Of a stretch of DNA of 64,000 nt, positions 1 to 7,804 are shown one piece after another. This DNA comes from Halobacteriovoraceae bacterium (GTDB taxonomy: Bacteria > Bdellovibrionota > Bacteriovoracia > Bacteriovoracales > Bacteriovoracaceae). The first letter of the stretch is position 1; the number at the start of each line of letters is the position of its first letter. The translations under genes and the position numbers were made by a program. The stretch covers positions 352,001-416,000 of the forward strand of contig CAVRCF010000005.1 of the NCBI GenBank assembly GCA_963719505.1. Reading direction: 5' to 3'. Below the pieces are notes generated by a model. It saw only the letters and a list, made by a program, of their open reading frames with translations. It was not told the origin of the DNA and did not search any database.

Positions 1-718
1 AAAATCCTTTCTTCCCTTTTTCAGCAATCTTTCTTAAAGTCAGGGCCAAGTCCTTTTGATAAAGAATCTCACCAGCAGCGTAAGGCTTACAATCTTTCTT
101 TAAAAAAATGGCCTTAGATGCTGGGAATTGACAAAGTCGTGAAGCTTCCGCCTCCATGGCCTTGGAAAGAGCGGGATAGACTTTAAAGCCTTTTTCAGCC
201 AAGTCAATTGCCGGTTGCATCACTTTGGCCAATGGAAGCTTTCCATATCTTTTATGAGTTTCTACTATTCCAGCAACAAGCCCGGGAGTCCCTACGGCCA
301 AAGCGCCCGTGATGGACTTATCTCTAATTTGTTTTCCATTTTTGTCCAAAAACATTTTTGAATTTGCCATTCTTGGGGCCATCTCTCTAAAGTCAACGGC
401 TTCAACTTTTTTTGTTTTCGCATGATGAATCATCATAAAACCACCGCCACCAATACCAGTCGAGTGAGGTCTCTCTACTGAGATTGCAAAACTCGCAGCC
501 GTAGCGGCATCAAAGATATTTCCACTCATATCTAAGGCGTACTTTGCAGCTTTTGACGTCGCATTTCCTTGAGAGGAGATCATGTACTTTTTCCCAAAGG
601 CTTCGTACTCAGAACGCTTATGTCCCTTTAATACTTGAGCAGATTTGAGTGATTTAAACTTATTGGTGCAAGAACTTCCAAGAAGTAGTGTGAGACTGAC
701 AAACAGCATTATTTTCAT
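1..718 (-). CDS. ggt: Gamma-glutamyltransferase, lipoprotein; 5' part only, runs off the window start
   Basis: Not in the ORF track. Hand translation from ATG 718 (AAGGA RBS) gives MKIMLFVSLTLLLGSSC (lipobox) and DAATAASFAISVERPHSTGIGGGGF...VDFREMAP, typical GGT N-terminal motifs. Confidence 0.9.
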   Translation of the reverse strand, partial: MKIMLFVSLTLLLGSSCTNKFKSLKSAQVLKGHKRSEYEAFGKKYMISSQGNATSKAAKYALDMSGNIFDAATAASFAISVERPHSTGIGGGGFMMIHHAKTKKVEAVDFREMAPRMANSKMFLDKNGKQIRDKSITGALAVGTPGLVAGIVETHKRYGKLPLAKVMQPAIDLAEKGFKVYPALSKAMEAEASRLCQFPASKAIFLKKDCKPYAAGEILYQKDLALTLRKIAEKGKKGF

Positions 719-843
719 TTTTTATCCTTTAAAAAATTTTATTTATTCTATAGAAAAACTTTCCGCCCTGACAAATATTTCACCCCACTTTATTGAAATT
801 AAAGAAGAAGTATAATAAAGGCTAACAATATAAGGAATTAATT

Positions 844-2139
844 ATGCTTCGCACCCTCTCTTTTCGACTCGCTGTTTCCTCACTCTTTTTTCTGATGGTC
901 TCAGGCTGTGCACACAGACCGGCCCAAAGAAGTTTTGCTTCTAATAGCTCTACCCCATCAGGAATGATAAATGACTTTAGGGCCCACTCTCAAAAGTCAG
1001 AACTCGATAAAATTATAAAAAATGCAAATTACAGAAAAGATAGTTTCCTTCGTCCCAACAATGGCAAAGCTGTAAGGATGTGGATTAAATACTTTACCAC
1101 GAGAGGAAAAGGCAGCTACCAGAGATATCTTCAAAATGGAGAAAAATACAGACCATTGATTGAAAGAATCTTTGCCCAACACAATCTTCCCAGTGAATTG
1201 TACTTTGTGGGGCTTATCGAAAGCGGCTACTACTTAAAAGCAAAAAGTCATGCCGATGCAGTTGGACCGTGGCAATTTATTAAATCCACAGCGAAAAGGT
1301 ATGGCCTTAAAGTTCGCCACGACGTCGACGAGAGAAGAAACATCATAAAGGCCACTCATTCAGCGGCTCTATTTTTTGGTGACCTCTACAATATTTTTGG
1401 CTCTTGGGAGCTTGCTCTTGCGGCTTATAATGCTGGTGAATACGGAGTTATAAGAAGAATTAGAAAAGCAAAAACAAGAGATTTTTACAAGCTTTCTAAA
1501 ATGAAAAAGTTACCTAAGGAGACAAGAAACTATGTTCCAAAGGTTCTTGCAGCGATGCACGTTTATAGAAATTCTAAAAGATATGGCATCAATATCCCAA
1601 GATATAGAAACGATCACTATAAAGATCTTAAGAAAGTCATCGTCAGAAGATCGACATACACAAAAGATTTAGCTAAAAAATATTCAATTAGTCACTCCAC
1701 TTTAAAGACTCTAAATTTTGGTCTAAAAAGAAACGCTACTCCATCGACGACTTACACTTTGTATATTCCCTCAAATAGTCGAGTGACCAACTTCAAACCC
1801 AAAACAGTGCCAAAAAGAAGAAGAGTTATAGCGTCAACAAAAAGTCATAAAGTCTACAGAGTTAAAAGTGGAGACAATCTTACGTGGTTGGCCAAAAAAT
1901 ATAAAACAACAATATCCAATTTGGTTAGGCTAAATGGTCTAAAGAGAAGAACAATTAACATAGGTCAAAGACTTAAAGTTCCTACTCATAGTATAAAAAC
2001 CTATACGGTTAGATCTGGTGATTTCCTCCTAAAGATTGCAAAGCGACACAAGCTTAGTATCTCAAAATTAAAAAAGATTAATGAGATGAAATCGACAAAA
2101 ATTTTTCCAGGACAGACACTGATTGTTTCAGCTAACTAA
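844..2139 (+). CDS. mltD: MltD-like lytic murein transglycosylase, lipoprotein with C-terminal LysM domains
   Basis: Lipobox VSGC; SLT motifs IESG, AVGPWQF, AAYNAGE, ETRNYVPK; two LysM repeats (YRVKSGDNL, YTVRSGDFL). Confidence 0.88.
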   Translation: MLRTLSFRLAVSSLFFLMVSGCAHRPAQRSFASNSSTPSGMINDFRAHSQKSELDKIIKNANYRKDSFLRPNNGKAVRMWIKYFTTRGKGSYQRYLQNGEKYRPLIERIFAQHNLPSELYFVGLIESGYYLKAKSHADAVGPWQFIKSTAKRYGLKVRHDVDERRNIIKATHSAALFFGDLYNIFGSWELALAAYNAGEYGVIRRIRKAKTRDFYKLSKMKKLPKETRNYVPKVLAAMHVYRNSKRYGINIPRYRNDHYKDLKKVIVRRSTYTKDLAKKYSISHSTLKTLNFGLKRNATPSTTYTLYIPSNSRVTNFKPKTVPKRRRVIASTKSHKVYRVKSGDNLTWLAKKYKTTISNLVRLNGLKRRTINIGQRLKVPTHSIKTYTVRSGDFLLKIAKRHKLSISKLKKINEMKSTKIFPGQTLIVSAN

Positions 2140-2157
2140 TATTTAAAAGAGAAAAAA

Positions 2158-3033
2158 ATGACCGACACCCAGGTTGAGACAAAAACCATCTTAATTGTTG
2201 AACCAGATGATGAGATAAGATCTGCACTGATCAGTGAGTTGCGATCTCAAACAACCTTTAAGTTCATCACAGCAAAAGATGGCATTGAAGCGTGTAGTAA
2301 AATTGAAAGACAAAAATTCCATCTCATTCTTACAGAGTACATTCTACCCAAAAGAGATGGACTTGATGTCATATCTGTTGCACGGGAAACAAAAGATAAT
2401 CACTTAACTCCTATTATGCTTTATTCAATAGAAATCGAAAAAGCCAAACTCTATACCAGAGCCGTTAAAAATCTTGAATATATTCAAAAACCCGTGGACC
2501 TCAATTTTATTATATTGAAGTTAAGACAACTAGTCGCTACTGATCCCACTAAAAAGAAATTTAGAATGGATGTCGACTTCATAAATCCTTTTATCGACTC
2601 AGCAGTCGAAACACTTCAAACCATGTGTAAGGCAGAAGATCTCAATCATCAAAAATCTTACCTACTTGAAAAAGAGACCCCCCTTGATATAGATATATCA
2701 GGAGTACTTGATATATCCTGTCCCTACTTCAAAGGGACTATTGCCATCTCATTTTCAAAAGATGTGTACAATAAGTTTGTGTCATCGATATTGGATGATG
2801 AATCAGCTTTAAAAACTAATCTCGATGATGCTGCCTCAGAGATGATAAATATAATCTATGGAAAAACAAAAGCCGATCTCAACAGCAGGGGATATTCTTT
2901 GAATAGGGCCATTCCAAAGGTGATAAAAGGCAAATCTCACAAAATCACAAATTCAAATGCGCCCATTATTATCTTGCCGTTTCAGTCAAACTCCGGTGAT
3001 TTCATGATTCAGATTTCCGTCAAAGCAACTTAA
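2158..3033 (+). CDS. Receiver domain fused to a CheX-like phosphatase domain
   Basis: N-terminal REC fold (ILIVE..LILTEY..P.RDG..KP); C-terminal FINPFI...DISG...SEMINII with the CheX ExxN motif. Confidence 0.8.
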   Translation: MTDTQVETKTILIVEPDDEIRSALISELRSQTTFKFITAKDGIEACSKIERQKFHLILTEYILPKRDGLDVISVARETKDNHLTPIMLYSIEIEKAKLYTRAVKNLEYIQKPVDLNFIILKLRQLVATDPTKKKFRMDVDFINPFIDSAVETLQTMCKAEDLNHQKSYLLEKETPLDIDISGVLDISCPYFKGTIAISFSKDVYNKFVSSILDDESALKTNLDDAASEMINIIYGKTKADLNSRGYSLNRAIPKVIKGKSHKITNSNAPIIILPFQSNSGDFMIQISVKAT

Positions 3034-3041
3034 GAGACTTT

Positions 3042-4265
3042 ATGACAACTTTTTTTCAATTATTTATGATTTTAGCTATTTCTATAAATGTAGCCGCTGA
3101 TGACACTATTAAAATTGATGATCATCTCTTAGATATTCACTCCACACTGAAGTCAAACGAAGACATCAAAATCTCAATCCAAAAGGACTCAGTGGAGTGG
3201 TTTAGAACAAATGACGTCATCATGGAGGCGAAAGTAAGACTTTCAATTTCAAGTCAAAAAAGAAAAGGTCTTACTGTAAAGTACAAAGGAGCTGAGATAA
3301 ACTTGCAAGAAAGCAAGACACAATCCTTTACAACTGTCTTCTATCACCTTTTTGATACCGATAAAGTTCAAGTTTTAGATAGAAATAAAGTTATAGGCGA
3401 AATTTCTATTCGAAAAAACAAAGATATTTTAAGAGACCATATTGTAAGAGACTATTCGTGTCAGCAGTATGATTTTAAAGTCAAAGGAATAGCCAACGAG
3501 TTTTTCACTCTGGGTTGTAAAACTGTAAAGTATGGACAATTAGGACAAGAAAAAAGAATGGTTAAAGTCTTTTGGAAGTCGCCTGCTTATAAGCAAAACT
3601 CCACAGCCCACTTCACCACAAGTGATCCCGTTGTCATTTCCGTTGAAAATCACGAAGGTGAACAAAGCGAGATAGAGATTTCGGGAAATATTCCTAAGCG
3701 TTTTAAAAGATTGAACGTGGCCTACGGACTAGGCCCTTACGCCTTTGAAGCAACATTTGAAGGTGAACGTGCCCAAAGAAATACAACGGCTACAGACACT
3801 CCTATTGCTCCCGCGCTAATGCTCTATTTTAACTATCATGTTAACGACGATGCATCCATTCGCGGCTTTGATGCGGTTGTTTTTAGAGACTCAGTTTTTA
3901 ATAATATGGGAGCTTATTACGCAAATAATATATTTTACCTTGATAATAAACAGTTCTCCCTAACAACACTTCTCGGTGTACAGCATCTGTACTTTCAGTT
4001 TGAGGGAACAAAAAAGATCGTCAACAAGCCCATCTTTCCCCAAGGGCTTGAATTTAACTATAAAAATGCTTTTGGCCATGATGGCTATACCTTGGGAGCG
4101 GGTGCTTTTATTTCTCCATCAGACTCTTACGACTATCAAAACCTTTGGGTAAGATTTGGTAAGAACGTCTTTTGGGAACTCAATTATATTTACTGGGGAG
4201 AAAACGAGTTTAGTGCAAAAACCTGGGGAGTATCCGCCGGATTTCTTTTTGGAAGTTTTCTTTAA
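3042..4265 (+). CDS. Secreted hypothetical protein, possibly with a C-terminal outer-membrane beta-barrel
   Basis: Signal peptide; aromatic-rich alternating beta-strand pattern in the C-terminal half. Confidence 0.55.
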   Translation: MTTFFQLFMILAISINVAADDTIKIDDHLLDIHSTLKSNEDIKISIQKDSVEWFRTNDVIMEAKVRLSISSQKRKGLTVKYKGAEINLQESKTQSFTTVFYHLFDTDKVQVLDRNKVIGEISIRKNKDILRDHIVRDYSCQQYDFKVKGIANEFFTLGCKTVKYGQLGQEKRMVKVFWKSPAYKQNSTAHFTTSDPVVISVENHEGEQSEIEISGNIPKRFKRLNVAYGLGPYAFEATFEGERAQRNTTATDTPIAPALMLYFNYHVNDDASIRGFDAVVFRDSVFNNMGAYYANNIFYLDNKQFSLTTLLGVQHLYFQFEGTKKIVNKPIFPQGLEFNYKNAFGHDGYTLGAGAFISPSDSYDYQNLWVRFGKNVFWELNYIYWGENEFSAKTWGVSAGFLFGSFL

Positions 4266-5530
4266 CTCAAAAGAAAAATAACACCCATACTTACTATTCC
4301 AACGGTGATAAAAAGTATCAAACAATGAAAGAAAATATCTTTCAAAGATGCACCGACAACGCTCAATATTGGTAGGGCCCAAAAAGGTTGAATCATATTG
4401 GTCCACGCATCTCCCCAGGCGATCGCCATTGCCGCTTGGGCTTGGTCAACACCTAGAGTCTTTGCCGCTGATAAAATGATCGGTCCTTGAATGACCCACT
4501 GTCCACCTCCAGAGGGGACAAAGAAGTTTAAAACTCCCGCACTCAAATAAGTATTAACCAGAAAATTGTCTATTGTTGAAATGCTTATAAAGAATTGAGA
4601 AATATCTATCGCTAAACCACTTTTATCCATCACACTCATAAGCCCGGCGTAAAAAGGAAACTGCAAAAGAATTCCAAAGCTACTTGTAACAGATTTTTTA
4701 AATATTTTTTCATAACGATCACAACTTCCAGATAAAACAATCCCAAGAATTAAAAAGATAAAGATCATCATATTTAGATTTAAAGTCCTTCCATCCATAA
4801 AGAACCTCACCGCATAAACTAAAGCCATGGCTCCAATAGCAGTCACAAGAACTCTTGATAGTGGGCCTGGAGATGTCTCATCAGGGCTTCTTTGGTCAGA
4901 TTCAAGTGAAGATATATCCACTGGTGAAAACTTCATCTTGGAAAAAATAAAATTAACAACAACAACGGTCACCACGACGCAAACAAGGATCGCAATATTA
5001 AACGTCGAAAAGATTGTTGTTGATAAAGAGACACCAGTCTCAGTAAGTTTTAGTGGAATGGAGCCTGAAAGACCTCCATGCCATACTAAGAAACCAGAAT
5101 AGGCACTTGAGACCAGTAAATTGAAATTTACATCAGGAGAGTCTTTCGCAATTTTATTAACCACAATAGCTGACAAAACCAGACCGAATCCCCAGTTGAA
5201 ATAACATCCAATAATGGAGACAAAAGTTACACTCAAAACGGCGTAACTTGAGGTGGGTTGTTGAGGGAGAAGAAGATCGAGGAGGCGATTTGTAAAATGA
5301 GTTCTCGCAAGGGCTGACCCACACACCAACACAAGGGCCATCTGTGCCGAAAAGCTTAATAAATTAAAAAATCCATCACCCCAAAAATCAATGGCCTGTG
5401 CCATGGAAATATTCTCAATGGAGACACTTAATCCGAAAACGACAATGATGAGAATGAGAGCAAAAGTAAAGGCTGAGGGAAAAGAGCCTCCCCTAATCAA
5501 CGCAGTGAATCTATTGTTCGATTTAAGCAT
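4262..5530 (-). CDS. atoE: Short-chain fatty acid transporter (AtoE family)
   Basis: Polytopic membrane protein with WGDGFFNLLSF, WHGGLSGSIPL, VPSGGGQW, AWGDAWTNMIQPFWALP; divergent from CoA-transferase genes. Confidence 0.88.
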   Translation of the reverse strand: MLKSNNRFTALIRGGSFPSAFTFALILIIVVFGLSVSIENISMAQAIDFWGDGFFNLLSFSAQMALVLVCGSALARTHFTNRLLDLLLPQQPTSSYAVLSVTFVSIIGCYFNWGFGLVLSAIVVNKIAKDSPDVNFNLLVSSAYSGFLVWHGGLSGSIPLKLTETGVSLSTTIFSTFNIAILVCVVVTVVVVNFIFSKMKFSPVDISSLESDQRSPDETSPGPLSRVLVTAIGAMALVYAVRFFMDGRTLNLNMMIFIFLILGIVLSGSCDRYEKIFKKSVTSSFGILLQFPFYAGLMSVMDKSGLAIDISQFFISISTIDNFLVNTYLSAGVLNFFVPSGGGQWVIQGPIILSAAKTLGVDQAQAAMAIAWGDAWTNMIQPFWALPILSVVGASLKDIFFHCLILFITVGIVSMGVIFLLS

Positions 5531-5588
5531 TTACTCTCCTAATCATAAAAGTTAGCATTACTATAAAAAATTAATTAAGGAGTCTCAA

Positions 5589-6293
5589 GTGAAGGGATTA
5601 AATAAAGTAGTAAATAATTATGATGAAGCTTTAGCAGGCCTTAAAGATAATATGACCTTGATGGTCGGAGGCTTTGGTTTATGCGGCATACCTGAAGGTC
5701 TTATTCAAAAAGTTCAAGATATTGGAGTAACGGGTCTTACCTGTATCTCCAATAATGCTGGAGTTGATGGATTTGGTCTGGGAAAACTCTTAGAGAAAAG
5801 ACAAATCGCTACAATGATCGGCTCTTACGTCGGAGAAAACAAACTCTTTGAGCAGCTTTTTTTAAGTGGTGAAATGAAAGTTATTCTCACGCCTCAAGGA
5901 ACACTGGCAGAAAAAATTAGAGCAGCCGGAGCAGGGATACCAGCCTTCTACACTGCGACAGGTTTTGGGACAGAAATTGCTAAGGGCAAAGAGACAAAAA
6001 ACTATAATGGAAAGAACTATATTTTAGAAGAAGCCTTTCCAAAAGCAGACTTCGCATTAGTTAAAGCCTGGAAAGCAGATCGTTACGGTAATTTAATATT
6101 TAAAAAAACCGCTGCAAATTTTAATCCCATGATCGCGACTGCTGGTAAGATTACAGTCGCTGAAGTTGAAGAAATTGTTGACCCATCGGATTTGGATCCA
6201 AATTTCATTCACACTCCTGGAATTTATGTAGATAGGGTTATCGTTGGAAAATTTGAAAAGCGAATTGAACAAAGAACGGTAAAAGGAAATTAG
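5589..6293 (+). CDS. scoA: 3-oxoacid CoA-transferase subunit A
   Basis: GGFGLCGIPE, SNNAG, SYVGEN, PQGTLAE motifs; GTG start after AAGGAG. Confidence 0.93.
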   Translation: MKGLNKVVNNYDEALAGLKDNMTLMVGGFGLCGIPEGLIQKVQDIGVTGLTCISNNAGVDGFGLGKLLEKRQIATMIGSYVGENKLFEQLFLSGEMKVILTPQGTLAEKIRAAGAGIPAFYTATGFGTEIAKGKETKNYNGKNYILEEAFPKADFALVKAWKADRYGNLIFKKTAANFNPMIATAGKITVAEVEEIVDPSDLDPNFIHTPGIYVDRVIVGKFEKRIEQRTVKGN

Positions 6294-6295
6294 AA

Positions 6296-6955
6296 ATGAG
6301 CTTAACGAAAGAACAAATAGCACAAGTCATAGCCAAAGAACTTCAAGATGGTTTTTATGTCAATCTTGGAATCGGTATACCGACACTAGTAGCAAACTAT
6401 GTTCCAAAGAATATGGAGATCATGCTCCAGTCAGAAAATGGTCTTTTAGGAATGGGTGAATTCCCAACAGAAGAGACACTAGATCCAGACCTTATTAATG
6501 CTGGAAAACAAACCGTGACTGTCATCGAAGGTGGATCATTCTTTAATTCAGCAGAAAGCTTTGCCATGATTAGAGGTGGCCATGTGGATCTTACAGTTCT
6601 AGGTGCATTTGAAGTCGACCAAACAGGTAATATTGCCTCTTATATGATCCCAGGAAAACTTGTAAAGGGTATGGGCGGAGCGATGGATTTAGTTGCAGGC
6701 GCTGAAAATATTATTGTGGCCATGACCCATGCAAATAAACATGGTGAAAGTAAAATTTTAAAAAATTGCTCCCTACCCCTCACTGGCGTTAACTGCGTAA
6801 AGAAAGTCGTAACAGATCTCGCTGTGATGGAGCTTCGCGATGGAGCCTTTCATTTACTAGAAAGAGCACCGGGAGTAAGTGTTGAGGAGATTCAAAGTAA
6901 AACTGAAGCACAACTCATCATTAGCGGTGAGATACCGGAGATTAAGCTGAGCTAA
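6296..6955 (+). CDS. scoB: 3-oxoacid CoA-transferase subunit B
   Basis: VNLGIGIPT, catalytic SENG, KGMGGAMDL. Confidence 0.93.
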   Translation: MSLTKEQIAQVIAKELQDGFYVNLGIGIPTLVANYVPKNMEIMLQSENGLLGMGEFPTEETLDPDLINAGKQTVTVIEGGSFFNSAESFAMIRGGHVDLTVLGAFEVDQTGNIASYMIPGKLVKGMGGAMDLVAGAENIIVAMTHANKHGESKILKNCSLPLTGVNCVKKVVTDLAVMELRDGAFHLLERAPGVSVEEIQSKTEAQLIISGEIPEIKLS

Positions 6956-6958
6956 CTT

Positions 6959-7690
6959 TTAAACTAAGTTAGCTTTGTCTTTTAAGAAAACCATTTTTTT
7001 CGCCGTATAAAGGGCAATTAGGCCGTTAAGAAGGTATGATTCTTTGAAACCAATATACATGAGGTCATACTTTAATTTCTGTTCAGCAGTCGCATCATAG
7101 ACAAGAGCGATTTGTGCTAAACCAGTAATACCTGGCTTAACAAAATGTCTATCAGAGTAGTTTGTTATTTCTTTGTCATAAACATTAGTAAATTCTGGTC
7201 TCTCGGGACGAGGTCCAATAAAAGCCATATCTCCACGAAGGACGTTTAGTAATTGAGGAAGCTCATCAAGGTGAGACTTTCTAAGAAAGGCACCAAGTTT
7301 TGTAATTCTTGGATCACCGCTCCAACTTAAAACGTGACCAGTATTAACTTCAGCGTCCATCACCATCGTTCTAAACTTTAAAATTTTAAATTCTTTCCCA
7401 TCTTTACCAATTCTAACCTGCTTAAAAAGAATATCTCCACGCGAAGAAATCTTTATTGCCATAGCCACGACAATTAAAATGGGAGAGAAAAGAAGAATCA
7501 AAAAAATAGCGAAAGCTTTTTCCCAAAATAAATTTAAATAATTGACCTTATCAATATCAGAATCAATTCTGTAGTGATCGAAGAAGTATTTGAAAACAGG
7601 GTTTTTCCACTGTTGGGTGTTTTGAAAATCACCAACGTCTTTTAGAAGTAAACCATTTAATGAAGGTGTGAAGAAACCAGTCGTTCTCAT
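6959..7690 (-). CDS. Priming undecaprenyl-phosphate sugar-1-phosphate transferase (bacterial sugar transferase family)
   Basis: FKQVRIG..KFRTM, DPRITKLG.FLRK.HLDELPQL.NVL.GDM..IGPRPE, KPGITGLAQ. ATG 7690 has a GGAG RBS; the ORF track starts at 7726. Confidence 0.92.
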   Translation of the reverse strand: MRTTGFFTPSLNGLLLKDVGDFQNTQQWKNPVFKYFFDHYRIDSDIDKVNYLNLFWEKAFAIFLILLFSPILIVVAMAIKISSRGDILFKQVRIGKDGKEFKILKFRTMVMDAEVNTGHVLSWSGDPRITKLGAFLRKSHLDELPQLLNVLRGDMAFIGPRPERPEFTNVYDKEITNYSDRHFVKPGITGLAQIALVYDATAEQKLKYDLMYIGFKESYLLNGLIALYTAKKMVFLKDKANLV

Positions 7691-7804
7691 TTTTATTAAG
7701 CTCCAATGCGTAACAGTATGTGTCATTTATTTACACAAGTTTTACAACATCTATGGAGATGGTTCTACTAGGTTCTCTAAAACCTGTAAATTCTTCATTC
7801 TTTT

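Noticed and set aside
4262-6955. atoE-scoAB as starter-unit supply for the adjacent PKS
   Set aside because: This is a common stand-alone ketone-body/short-chain fatty acid catabolic unit, convergent with the locus. Only proximity supports a link.
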